Shown here: piece after piece, positions 1 to 12,496 of the stretch
How positions within the stretch are numbered: the stretch's first letter is position 1
Layout: every line of letters starts with the position of its first letter
Source: Mytilus edulis
Taxonomy: Eukaryota
Length of the DNA: 64,000 nt
NCBI RefSeq assembly: GCF_963676685.1
Contig: NC_092351.1
Span: forward strand, 90,334,001-90,398,000
Direction of reading: 5' to 3'
Program-made: the position numbers and the translations under genes
The notes under the pieces: model-generated
Databases searched by the model: none
What the model was told of the DNA's origin: nothing
Seen by the model: only the letters and a program-made list of their open reading frames with translations

Positions 1-770
1 TGGTCCATCTGTCAGTCTCTCCTTCACTCTGTCTGTTGGTCCATCTGTCAGTCTCTCCTTCACTCTGTCTGTTGGTCCATCTGTCAGTCTCTCCTTCACT
101 CTGTTTGTTGGTCCATCTGTCAGTCTCTCCTTCACTCTGTCTGTTGGTCCATCTGTCAGTCTCTCCTTCACTCTGTCTGTTGGTCCATCTGTCAGTCTCT
201 CCTTCACTCTGTCTGTTGGTCCATCTGTCAGTCTCTCCTTCACTCTGTCTGTTGGTCCATCTGTCAGTCTCTCCTTCACTCTGTCTGTTGGTCCATCTGT
301 CAGTCTGACAAACTCTGTCTGTTGGTCCATCTGTCAGTCTGGCAAACTCTGTCTGTTGGTCCATCTGTCAGTCTCTCCTTCACTCTGTCTGTTGGTTCAT
401 CTGTCAGTCTCTCCTTCACTCTGTCTGTTGGTCCATCTGTCAGTCTCTCCTTCACTCTGTCTGTTGGTCCATCTGTCAGTCTCTCCTTCACTCTGTCTGT
501 TGGTCCATCTGTCAGTCTGGCAAACTCTGTCTGTTGGTCCATCTGTCAGTCTCTCCTTCACTCTGTCTGTTGGTCTATCTGTCAGTCTCTCCTTCACTCT
601 GTCTGTTGGTCCATCTGTCAGTCTCTCCTTCACTCTGTCTGTTGGTCCATCTGTCAGTCTGGCAAACTCTGTCTGTTGGTCCATCTGTCAGTCTCTCCTT
701 CACTCTGTCTGTTGGTCCATCTGTCAGTCTGGCAAACTCTGTCTGTTGGTCCATCTGTCAGTCTGGCAAA
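1..770. repeat. Minisatellite, 36-bp unit TGGTCCATCTGTCAGTCTCTCCTTCACTCTGTCTGT with interspersed 34-bp variant (...GTCTGGCAAACTCTG...)
   Basis: Direct tandem repetition that runs off the window start. The 34-bp variants shift frame, so the overlapping ORFs are artefacts. Confidence 0.97.
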
Positions 771-1099
771 TCAGTTTTCTTTACTTTTTTTCTTCATGAG
801 TGAAGATATTGATTCAAAATTTGATAAATAGATTTATCATAGCAAGTTGCAAATCAAATTTGGATTTTGAAATGATCTGATGAGTTTGTGCAGAGACTTG
901 GTCCTTGTACAAGAAAGTTCACTCAGATAATCTGTTTTGCACACTTTTTTTGATGTGATATTTAATATATAATATACACCATGACAAGTTATAATGCAAG
1001 TTAGTATACTGTTCCAGTTCAGTGAATTTTTAACAGTTGGGGTACTATGTATTGCCACACTGTTATGGTACTATGTATTGCCATGCAATACTCTCAGGA

Positions 1100-1485
1100 T
1101 GCTTGTTTATTCATATATGAGCTTGTCAGGTTTCCGTTGTGTATGAGCTTGTCAGGTTCTCTTTATTTATTCATATATGAGCTTGTCAGGTTCCCATTGT
1201 TATATTCATATATGAGCTTGTAAGGTTTCCGTTGTTTATAAACTTGTCAGGTTTTCGTTGTTTATGAGCTTGTCAGGTTCTCATTGTTTATTCATATATG
1301 AGCTTGTCAGGTTTCCGTTGTTTATGAGCTTGTCAGGTTCTTGTTGTTTATTCATATATGAGCTTGTCAGGTTCCAGTTGTTTATTCATATATGAACTTG
1401 TCAGTTTTTCGTTGTTTATGAGCTTGTCAGGTTCCTGTTGCTTATTCATATATGAGCTTGTCAGGTTCCAGTTGTTTATGCATAC
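1100..1485. repeat. Minisatellite with core TATGAGCTTGTCAGGTT, long and short units alternating
   Basis: About 12 copies of the core visible directly. Confidence 0.92.
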
Positions 1486-2316
1486 GCTTAAACCCCGAAG
1501 TACGCCACTTTCAGAACAAGTCATGTAGTAGTGAAACTCTCAGTGTGATTCCATTTTATTTATGAATTTATGACCACTACAATGACAGCCAGTAAGATAA
1601 GAGGTTATTAGGTAAAGTAATGCAACTTGAGCATTTTGAAAATAGATTAGTGCTAGTGATATTTTTATTGGAACATGGAAGTAGCAATATAAATAATTAG
1701 CTTTAATAAAAATAAACAATTCTATGTTGTACATGTATATATGTATCCCATTCTGAATGATTCAATATAAAAATGATAAAATAAAATACTAGTACATATT
1801 CAGCAGAGGTAATGTTTCAAGTTTCAAGTTTTTTATTTCTCAAAGACCCCAACAGGGGTATGTGAACAATTACAAATACTACATAAGTATTCATAATATA
1901 ACAAATAACAAAGTATCAAAGTAATGCAGTGAACATTATAAACATTCATTAACATATATACATTTGAAAAAGTAATGCATTTAAAGGAAGACAGTAAACT
2001 TCAAATGGACATATTTTAATGGTTGAAACAATATTAGCAATATTAATGAAAACAATATAAGAAGAAGTGTTTTAATGTCATGTATTTGGTATTTTTATTT
2101 GGTAAAAGGCTATCAAGAGCTTATGTGTGTATTGTTATATGTGAACTGAATCAAAATAAAACTTTTGTATCAATCCTATAACTGGAATGGGGGGAATCAG
2201 CTGACGAAGCTATGACCTGTGTATACAAATAGAAATGAATATGCATATCACTGTATATCTTTATATATTGAAAACAAATAATATTCACACACATACAAAT
2301 AAATTATTTATCACAG

Positions 2317-3331
2317 TTAGTTTTCGGTATCTGATTCTTCATTATCACTTTCGTCAGAATCCTGAAGGATATCATCTTCAAGACCGCCATCCTGACCACG
2401 ATCACAGATATCTCTACCTATCTCACCTGATAGAAAGTTACAATAAATATCCCAAAGTGTGAAAACAAACGAGTATGTTTTGGGTTTTAGAAGCCTTTCA
2501 GGTGTTCGGTTGCGTGTCTGTGTAACGCGCCGGAAGACTTTTTCAGATGAAACAGGGCGGTCAACGTGTTCGTTCCAGTCCAGAATTCCGAGACCTGTCC
2601 TGATTTCATATGTTTGTTCACCATAGTGTATCCTTTTGTCTACATATAACAACAGTGTATTATGAAAGCTTTCAATATAATGTGTGTTCAAACAATGGAT
2701 ATACTTCTGTGGATGTTTGTACATATATAAAGATTTTATTGCTTTTTCAGGAGAACTGCTGCCAAATCATTTCGAATCATTGTTCGCGACAAAGTATAAT
2801 AGGGTTCAGTTCTGCACCTTGATGTTGGATGGCATATATCATGGCTGTTCTTGTAATGGTTCACTATATTTTCCAATGAAGCAATGAATTGCTTAACAGA
2901 TCCGTTACAGTTCTTCATTGCCAAATAAGTATGGGTCTTCACCCCAGCAGTTTTGTCAGCCAGTTCTGTGTGCCAAGTTATTCCATAATTTTTCTTTGGT
3001 CCTTAAGTTACCTTTCCGATTGATTTTCTTACTTCCTTTCCAGCATGCCATGTATCAAGGCAGTCAATTACACCAGGTTTGTCTTTTTCAATAAAAGAAC
3101 TTATCGAGGAATTCCTGTCATGGCTGTGACAACGCACTGTCACATTTTTGTACCTAATTCCTCATAGAGTTTTTTAGTTCCGTACAATTCGTGCTTTTGT
3201 GAACTTCGTTCCTGTCTTTTTGTCACATATTGGTAACTTAAGACTTTGTGTTTTTGCTGACCCAGGGCAGTTATATCGGAATTGTAACTGTTCTTTCGGC
3301 ATGCATGCCGAGCATCCGTCATGATATCTAC
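2317..3331 (-). pseudogene. C-terminal (catalytic) half of a Kolobok-like DDE transposase, inactivated
   Basis: Joining ORFs 3140-3322, 2736-2942 and 2317-2724 across two frameshifts (~3147, ~2744) and one stop (~3004) gives DIMTDARH...HSHDRNSS...CLDTWHAGK...NHYKNSHDICH...THYIESFHNTLLLYVDKR...GILDWNEH plus an acidic tail. This is a D-D-E triad with the DxxH motif of the Mutator/P/hAT/Kolobok group. The superfamily assignment is by motif recognition only. Confidence 0.85.
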
Positions 3332-3562
3332 GCAGCGACGTTAAGGGCGTTTCGAAAAAATTCTCATTTTATACACAGGAAAAAGCATATTGAACTCAAA
3401 GTTAGTTTTGTTTGCCTATAGGCCAAAAATGCACGTTAAAAGCGTAAACAGAGGAGAAAATATCTATTCTGAATTGCATTCCAAACTTTTATTTATAGAA
3501 AAATATAAATACATTGGTGTCACGTGACTTCAAACTGAAAGTAATGACATTTCCCAAATAAG

Positions 3563-3866
3563 TCAAAAGGGCAGGTGCAAGATGAAATCGGATCGCCCTG
3601 GTTTTGGGCTTCCTGTAATCGGGATAACTTATTTTACTAGAAAAGTGCTGTGCCTAGTTTGATAGCAGAGGTTTTGTAAATAAAAAACAATAAAACGTGG
3701 AGAATTTTTTCGATTTATTGACTTTTTGGCACTTCGGGTTCTGAAATTTCCTTTAAACGAACGCTATATAACTAGGCACAGCACTTTTTGGAAAATTTGA
3801 AATGTCGCCTTTCTACCAATACCAGAATCAAGTGGGTTGGTATAGTTCTTGCACCTGCCCTTTTGA
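3563..3866. repeat. Bipartite inverted dyad: perfect 20-bp and 19-bp boxes with equal 58-bp spacers
   Basis: TCAAAAGGGCAGGTGCAAGA 3563-3582 is inverted at 3847-3866. AAAAGTGCTGTGCCTAGTT 3641-3659 is inverted at 3770-3788. Confidence 0.9.
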
Positions 3867-6800
3867 ATTAATTTAACATGTCGTAGCATTATCGTCTTGA
3901 AAGGGGAGAGAAAAACGTTTGAATGACGCGGCGGAAGTCGGATCGGCTGACGGAAAAACTAAGTGTTTTTTTGTACTCGCCGTCAAGCGTTTCATAATAA
4001 GCCTACGTCTTGTTTGGGCAGATAAACACATATTCTGTTATTGCTTGCTTAATTTATTGAAGTTTCAAATTCATAATTGTTTCTATTTCAGAGAATATTT
4101 AATTGTGATAGGCAGGACTTTCATAAAATAGAATATTTACATCTTCTTGCATTCCATCTCTTGTGCAAATGGCAGAGGTGCCACCCGTGGGATTTAGATG
4201 GGCTCTGACCCCTTTGTGTGTGAACCCGTTATGTCGCACTTAATTAATAACTTCCATTATTGTTGGGACACGCACCCCCCTTTTTTGTCCAAGTCCGAAA
4301 TCCACATCTCGGGTCCTAGTGATGATCTAATTTTGCAAGTGCAAGTATATTGGGAACTATTATCATTTTAATGAAAAAAGTGGGGTTTTACAAACTTTAT
4401 ACCAAAATTCAGGATTTATTTTTTGCTCTTTGTCATTAATAATATTTAATTAATAAACATAAACTCCTACCTGCATATAAATATTCAGATTTACTAGTTG
4501 AATATCTCCTGTTACTCAAGTGCGCCTGGTATCAATTTGTAAAACATGATAGAAAGGTCTTTTTGAATTTATTCTGTAGGGACAAGGTGATTTTTTTGCA
4601 TCACTGAATATGAATTTTCACCAGTCGCCAGGGCAGTATTTTGTATGGCTTGCTTTTTTTTTTAATGATGTCCCTAGTGAATTTCTACATTTTCTTGGAC
4701 AGAATCTTCCTTTTCATTCCATCTTAAAAAACAATATTTTACTAATTCTAACAGTCTTACAGTTACTTGGTAACTTTTTTTTCTGACCTCCCATTATTAA
4801 TTTAATTCTGGTTGAAAGCACACAAAAGCATTAACAATTCTGTTTTCCTCGAATGAGTATACGTAAGTTTGAATATTTGCACAAACGTATCTTTTTTGGG
4901 GTATTATTAAAGGATTAGAAGCTATGGCGTTGAGTATCTGATACTTAAAAAAAATGTTCCTTGAGCTCTCATGGTTTCCATGTATGCATATACAATGTAT
5001 TACTAAAAGTAAATTTTAATTGCATCTGTGAAAAAATTCACATCCGATTAGTTTCAGATACTTGTCATGCTTGTACATGTACATGTATATATGTACCTAC
5101 ATATGTATGATTCAATCAGCAACCTTGAGTGACATACATTTACATGTATACATTAGCCAAAATTTTTCAACCTGTAGTATATATTTGTACCAAGAAGTTG
5201 GAAACAGTGACCCATTTGTTCTGCCGCTGATTTCATATTAAATTCCTGCCTACCAGCAGGCCAGTGTCAACCAATACAAACGGACAGCCAAGAAAAAACT
5301 AAAAGTGCTTACATGTACATGTACGTCTCATTCAGCACAATCATTTTTTTTTTCATTATCAAGTGCCATTATATTTTAAGGTTCATATTAAACATGATAA
5401 AATCAGAAAACTGATTTCCCCATCACCTGCTGAGATATATTGGAGGCTACTGAATGGTACTTTTTTTCTGTCAGAATAAAAGAAATTCTATGTACCAGTA
5501 CATGTACATAATAATTTTTTTGTTCTTCCCTCTCCAGGATTATATAATGTACATTATATATTGTATATGTATCATTGTTGAAGGCTGTACGATTACCTAA
5601 AATTGTAAATTTCTGTGTCATTTTGGTCTCTTGTGAAGAGTTGTTTCATTGCCATTGGCAATCATACCGCATCTTCTTTTTTAAGTACATGTACATGTAT
5701 ATATAATATACACATTCAGAAATCACTAAATTAATCATAGTTCTTACAAAAGTTTCAGGTGAATGAATCATGACATAGGGGATAGGACAAAATAGTCAGC
5801 ATGGAAATTAAAATGACATATATGTATGAATGCTTTAATGTATAAAACTACTGCCTTCCATGCCTACCAAATATTATTGACAAGGGTACCATCAGTGGTT
5901 AATCTTTACCTGACCTAATCACAATCATGACAAAAAGTAAAATTACTTAATTGTTAATCAAAACTTTTTTGACAATTATACCACATGCTGTTACATGTAT
6001 CTTTAAATCAAAATTCTAGCTGTATTTAAAAAATATGCATGGAACTTCAAAAAAAGAAGAAAGCAATTTCTGTCTGTGTTGGGGTCATGCTGTCTCATTG
6101 CCATACATCACATCTTATGCAAAACATGCTATATATTAGAATCTTTAGTCTACTAATACTGTGAATATTCCATCAAGTTTTCAAGTTTATATAATTATAA
6201 TGTATATCCTTCAAATAGACTCAAAAAAGTGCGAGTAAATTTAGTCCCAAGATAATAATAATTTATATTAAACAATGCCAGGACAATAAACATGATAAAT
6301 GTGAGATTTATTATTGCAGTTACAGAAAATCCTGGATACAAATAATGCATTGTAATACCATCATTTAAATAAATTTATATTTTTTTATGCCAAACATTTA
6401 CAATTATCATGTCATTAGTTTATGTCATTATATAAATAACCAATTTTAGTTTAGACAAGAACAAGAAATGAAAACATTGCATTTTATGATTTCCAAGTAT
6501 AAACAAGCTACATGTATGTACATGAGATACACATCTTCATGTACAATACATATATACATGCATGTACAAAATGGAAATTCCCATAATTATTTTGTTCAAA
6601 ATTAACCATTATGTGACTGTTATACAGATGTTTTGCTCATTATTGAAGCCCAACATCAATATCATACGACTTTCAGATGAACAACAACTGCATGATTACA
6701 ACACTGTTTTATGCTTTTGAACTTTTTGTACACCTACAAATGTAGGCCTGTATTCAGTGTTTATATGAAATGAAATAGAAAAATTATAAATCATGATAAA

Positions 6801-7860
6801 ATATGATTTTCTTGTTCTCTCATGTCTCTGCAGGTGGCCAATATATAAACAACTATTTTTTCCCTGATGGAGAGTTGTTTCATTGGCAATCTGAGTGAAT
6901 CAATTTTTTTTATATGTCATATTCTTACTTTTATCATTACATGTACATGTAACTCAAATTAGTGGTGTGTCAGTGAATTGTATGCCTACATGCATATATG
7001 TATATCGCATGTATATCTGTAGGTAGGAGATATGTTTAAATCAAATAACTTTATCTTATAATTACTCCCTGTCATGCCTGTAATTGCCAAAAAATAACTA
7101 AACACTCATATTAAAGTCTTATAAATAAATATATTTCCTTCTTTCAAATTCATCTGAATGTCATACATGTCATATGTTCATCTGTAGATCTCTAATAAAC
7201 TACTTGGTTAGATATTGCAGATTTTTCAAATATTTCACGAAAGAGACCACAAATTAAATGCATGAAACTGTTGCAACACATTTTTTTTAAATGTAATCCT
7301 TTTTAGAACTCCAATTGTAAGACATATACAAAGTCTCCAAACTGCCTGTATTTAGAATTCATTTCAACTGAGGAAAAAGCTCTCTCCGATGGTAAACATC
7401 AACTTTAATGATCACGATGATGAAAAAGAAGCTAAACTGTTCACTTAAATATTCCTCTGCATCACTGCATCAAAACACTAAACTCCAATTCAACTGGGTC
7501 TTGAAACAGCAAATGCTTCTGCTTAGTACATGATATACATGATATAGAATTGCTGTCTTTTCTTCTTTTCATTGAAATATTTGGTGGCTTTCCAAACAAA
7601 TTTTAATCAGATTTTCGGTATTAAATGGTCATGATGAGTTATAAATAAGTAACTTTCTTCTGCTGTCTCGGTACAGGTGATCATCATTGCTGAAATATGA
7701 AAATGCAAATATAATGTACATGTATATATATTTAAATGAAATGTTTAACATGATATTTATGATTAAAGTATTAAAAAGTAAGTGCAAACATATTTCTTCA
7801 AGAAGTTACTGTTAAAATGCAAACAACTAAATTCCCTGGTCTTTATTTAATAACATGAAT

Positions 7861-7968
7861 AATAAAATTGAGAAAGGAAATGGGGGTGTGTTAAAACAAC
7901 AACAACCCGACAATAGAGCAGACAACAGCCGAAGGCCACCAATGGGTCTTCAATGTAGCGAGAAATTT
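7861..7968 (+). mobile_element. Fragment of an abundant short interspersed repeat (AATAAAATTGAGAA.GGAAATGGGG...ACAACAACCCGAC)
   Basis: Matches the reverse complement of 22110-22213. Another fragment lies near 10810-10850. Confidence 0.7.
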
Positions 7969-8249
7969 CATTAAACATTTGAACAAGGATGTAATTTTTC
8001 ACACACATTTTAATAAGGTGCACTACTTTGATAAAACTTTAAAATAAAATGAGTTATATTTATTGAGATCAGAATGTGAGTTCCATTATTGCAATATTCA
8101 AAATGCAAATTTGCTATATAAAACATTACAATAACTTCTGAATATACATCATACATGTACATTAATATTCTTACAATGTAAGAAAACAGAAATTTATTTG
8201 CACAAATTAAAAAAACACTCACTAGCATATACAGTAGTTGTCTTTTGTT

Positions 8250-8488
8250 CATGTAATTTATATGTGTTTCTTGGTTTTTTTTATATAGATTAGACTGTTG
8301 GACTTGGTTTTACCGTAAGAATGGTTTTACACTAGTAATTTTGGGGCCCTTTATAGCTTTAAGTTCGGTGTGAGCCAAGGTTCCTTGTTGAAGGCCGTAC
8401 GTTGACATATAATGGTTAACTTTTATAAATTGTTATTTGGATGGAGAGTTGTCGCATTGGCACTCACACCACATCTTCCTATATCTAT
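8250..8488 (-). mobile_element. Short interspersed repeat (GAAGATGTGGTGTGAGTGCCAATG.GACAACTCTCC family)
   Basis: Same family as 11112-12760 and 55045-55162. Related copies at ~5575-5680, 20045-20135, 47155-47240 and 53047-53150. Confidence 0.75.
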
Positions 8489-9139
8489 AGACTATTAACC
8501 CCTCCACATTCTGTATGCATGTGCCTGTTATTCAGTGGCTGTCTATGTTGCTGTGTTACATATTATACTGTTAGTTTTCTCCTTTGAATTGCTAAAAAAT
8601 ACATTTGCAATTTAGGGGCCTTTTGTAGCTGAATATGCAGAATGGGCTTTGCTCATTGTTGAAGGCCATACAGTGACCTATAACTATAGTTGTTAATTTT
8701 GGTGTCATTTGGACACTTGAGGAGAGTTGTCTCATTGTACAAAAGTTAGCTGATTGCAGGATAAAACAATTTACCTGTGTATAAAAATAAAACTCTCCAA
8801 TTTCAAACCATCACTTTATATTTCATCAAACCTGGAATGGCATACTAGTGTATCTTGTAATTAACAGGTAAGCTGAAAGAAAAGGTAATCATTTAATTAC
8901 AAACAGATACTTTTTTAAATATTAGGAACATAAACATGACTTTTTGTGTATAATGATTCAAATAACTGTTAAATAAAAAAATAACGTCTGCCACATGCAC
9001 ACAACCCTTATTAGATCGCAGGATTTCCTTCATAGATACATGTATAATGCCCATTTTTTCTTGGATTTCTAGAATTATACAAAATAGAGAAATGACATGA
9101 ACACCTTGTATCACCAGTACAGCAGATATAGTTACTTAC

Positions 9140-9292
9140 CAGGGGTGGATCCAGCCATTTTAAAAAGGGGGGTTCCTAACCCAGGACAAAAGGGGGGGGG
9201 GGGTCCAACTACATGTCCCCATTCAAATGCATTGATTGTTCCAAAAAAAGGGGGGGTTTCCAACCCCCCCCCCCTCCCTGGATCCGCGCCTG
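9140..9292. mobile_element. MITE, TIR CAGG(G/C)G(T/C)GGATCCAG, 5-bp TSD CTTAC
   Basis: TIRs at both ends; CTTAC at 9135-9139 and 9293-9297. A partial second copy lies at ~10850-10910. Confidence 0.85.
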
Positions 9293-11189
9293 CTTACCAA
9301 GCAAGCATGATCGATATTGACCTCACACGGTAACGAAAATCATTGCTTTGTTCACATATAAATTTCAATATGTAACTCAATCTAAAAATAATTGTTGATT
9401 AAAGAAATGATTTGGTCGTAGGTAGAGGATTAGAGATGTCTCATTATTTTCCCAAAACAAAAACGATTACTAAAGACATGTCCAAATATCAACTGTACGA
9501 TGATACACAGTGATAATTGGCAAAAAAAAAATACATGTACATGTATACATGGTATATGTCTGTTTACAGTTACTCGACTGACCCTAATTTGAGCGCTGAC
9601 TCAAAGCTATTTTATTCCTGTCATTAAGTGAAAAATTTATAAAACTCGTGTCAAAAGCGAAGTAAGGGTTGCCAATAAATTTAATCAATTGCCTGATACA
9701 TCCCAATGTTCACAATCGTGAATATGACAGCTGTTCTAAGGAAACTTGCAACTCATGTCATAAAATAAAAACTTCACCCCCATTTTTCCAACCAATAACC
9801 AATAACCAAGGGAAATAATCCAATCATTAAAAATATGGGTAAACTCGGCCCATGGACAAATGAGACCATGGCACAACTCAAAATCATGCACAAAAAAGGA
9901 AAAGAAAAAAAATAGTAAAAGTGAAATACTGACAAAAAATGACTGACCTACCTACCCTATATAACAACAACAAACAACAACAATTTTTATTTGTCAATCA
10001 AGACGCCCCGAGGAGCAGTACAATTACAGTTTAAATTAAAGTGTACAAATAATTGTGTTGATTTTTTATATATATATTGATGATATACATGTAAGATTGT
10101 AACCTTAAACAGACAGACTGACATGGCCATATATACAAGTGTGGTCATTTTAGCTCTTCTTTATACATGTCTTAAATCAATTTTCATGATTAACTAGAAA
10201 TACTGAAATCACTGCCCGTAATAGTCAGCCCCTCCAAAATATAAAATCTAAAACAAACACCTGAATCTCTGTGAGCTACTGCTCACTAATAATATTCCTA
10301 TACCCTTAAAGTATAAGGTTAACAGAAAGTTGTTGAGTAATGAATCTGAAAAAGCATGACACAGTATAACTGACTCTGACATGCATGTATAAACTCTGAA
10401 GCCAAATTTCAGAAATCCTTGTAACATTCCTGCAAACAGTGCTATGAAAAATATTCATGGGACGGACTGACCTAAGGATGTACAGACAGTCATACAGTAG
10501 TAAAACAGTATGCCCCAACTTTTTTAAATACTAAAAGTGGTGCCGGGGTACATGTACAAATATAAAAAAAATTGCCAACAGTGGCACAGTTCATGGATTA
10601 TTTTTTGAATAATATTAAAATCCCATAAAGAGAATGAGTAAAATCTAAAAATATTCATTGTATAAAAAATCATAAGGGATCATTTCAGCAAATTTTCATG
10701 AAAATTTGTTCAAACGGTTTAAAGTCATTATTTGATAATTTCGACCCTTTATTACGAATAATGTCCCTATACATGTAGTACTCAAAAACAAGATATAAAT
10801 TATATGTAATAGAAATGTGAGAATGGAAATGGAAAATGTCACCAATGGGCTGGGGCAGATCCAATTATTTTAAAAAGGGGGGTTCCTAAACCTGGACAAA
10901 AAAAGGGGGGTATCTGTGTTCCTGATGCCTGGTTTGTATAACTGTTACAAATGAACACTTTCGTCTCAGCGGCTTATGGTAGACTTGCTTTCAGAGCAAT
11001 AAGAATATGAGACGCCCTTAATCTACAGGTTCCTACAAAGAAATGTCTTTCTCTGTTTAGAATTTAAACAACTTTCTTGCAAGCAGGCTCCCCAAGAAAA
11101 TTTTATAACTTGATATAGGAAGATGTGGTGTGAGTGCCAATGAGACAACTCTCCATCCAAATAACAATTTAAAAAGTAAACCATTATAA

Positions 11190-11590
11190 TGGTGAAGTTG
11201 AAATCATCCCTTCGTAAATTTTACGGACGCCATCACGAGTTGGTTGACCGTTATGGAATAACCGTTTCACAAATGATATCGGATATGTTCCTTACGTCGT
11301 AACTACAATCCCCTTCTCTTTCATGAATTTGACCTACCGAATTAGACTATTTACTGGATTTGTAATCACGACGGATGCCGCATGTGGAGCAGGATCTGCT
11401 TACCCTTCCGGAGCACCTGAGATCACCCCTAGTTTTTGGTGGGGTTCGTGTTGTTTATTCTTTAGTTTTCTATGTTGTGTCATGTGTACTATTGTTTTTT
11501 CTGTTTGTCTTTTTCATTTTTAGCCATGGCGTTGTCAGTTTGTTTTAGATTTACGAGTTTGACTGTCCCTTTGGTATCTTTCGTCCCTCT
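11190..11590 (+). mobile_element. 3' fragment of a Penelope-like retroelement (RT C-terminus plus 3' region)
   Basis: Reads VKLKSSLRKFYGRHHELVDRYGITVSQMISDMF, followed by the CCTTCCGGAGCACCTGAGATCACCCC tail also seen at 32640-32950 and 36225-36480. Confidence 0.75.
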
Positions 11591-11625
11591 TTAAAAGTAC
11601 AGCCTTCAACACAGAGCCTTGGCTC

Positions 11626-12496
11626 CAGGGTTTCCGCTGGCGGTCGCCATTTTCGCAATTTGCGAAAAAATAATAATTGTGGCGATAAAAATTCGTCATT
11701 TGCGAAAGAATTTGGCGAAAGAAATATATAAACCGATTTATTTTCCTCCATCTAAGGCATCTTGTTTATTTACTTTTTGTCGAGTTTGTCTGACTTTACC
11801 CGATCAGACAATACTCGGAATTCACCTTGACCTCATTAAGATTTAGACAGAAAATCAATAATCAGCTGATTGCATTTTATAGCTATCGACAACAAAGAAC
11901 TAATTAATAAAGATGTTGATTGAATTGTTTCACAAAATGATATGGTCAAATGGCTTCCGCTGTAAATGTCACATACAGAATATATTTACATCTTTGCGAC
12001 GCACGTGTTTGAAGCAAACTTTTGACATCTCTCCCTTTAAAGATAGTTTTCAAAAGAAAGCTGTTGTTGTGACGAAAATTGTTCTAAAGCAAGAAAAATC
12101 TCCGATTTAAAACTTTAATTCTTTTATCCTTTGACTTTAATAAAGTCGTTTGAGTGACACATGCACGTGTTTCAAGCATAGTTGTACGTCTCAACTTTTT
12201 CATTTACGATGGTGAAGAAAAGAAAACTGTCGTTATGAAAAAATCTATCCAAAAGGCTGGGAACAACCCCTCGAATGAGAGTAACCCTTCAATGTAATGA
12301 CTACACATGAAACGAGGGATCAATTTCATGTGATAAAAGCTTTTGTTTTGTTGTAAAAATTACTTCTTAGTACAAAAGGGCACAACAGGAAAAATATATT
12401 TATGTTACTTGGCGAAAAAAATAATAAAGTGGCGAAAAATATATTGTTTTGGCGAAAGAGGTGGCGAAAAAAATAATTGACCCAGGGGAAACCCTG
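11626..12496. mobile_element. Non-autonomous hAT transposon (871 bp)
   Basis: TIR CAGGGTTTCC / GGAAACCCTG, perfect 8-bp TSD CTTGGCTC (11618-11625, 12497-12504), and repeated subterminal TGGCGAAA motifs. Confidence 0.92.

Larger units (their letters stand above)
3345..11017. mobile_element. 7.7-kb TTAA-flanked DNA transposon with short TIR GGGCGTYTC (Kolobok-type termini)
   Basis: TTAA|GGGCGTTTC at 3341-3353 and GAGACGCCC|TTAA at 11009-11021. RR...YY termini with a TTAA TSD are characteristic of Kolobok. Confidence 0.6.

Noticed and set aside
1-831. Repetitive ORFs (LLVHLSVSPSLC / ERLTDGPTDRVK) as a repeat protein
   Set aside because: The 34-bp variant units shift frame repeatedly, and several frames are open simply because the unit lacks stops.
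1480-2010. TTAA-associated candidate termini of the outer Kolobok element (~1488, ~1981) or long terminal direct repeats
   Set aside because: I found no matching inverted or direct counterpart upstream of 16005.
4090-4330. Exon-like GC-richer segment (MAEVPPVGFRWALTPLCVNPLCRT)
   Set aside because: There are stops in all frames on both strands, so neither strand nor family could be assigned.
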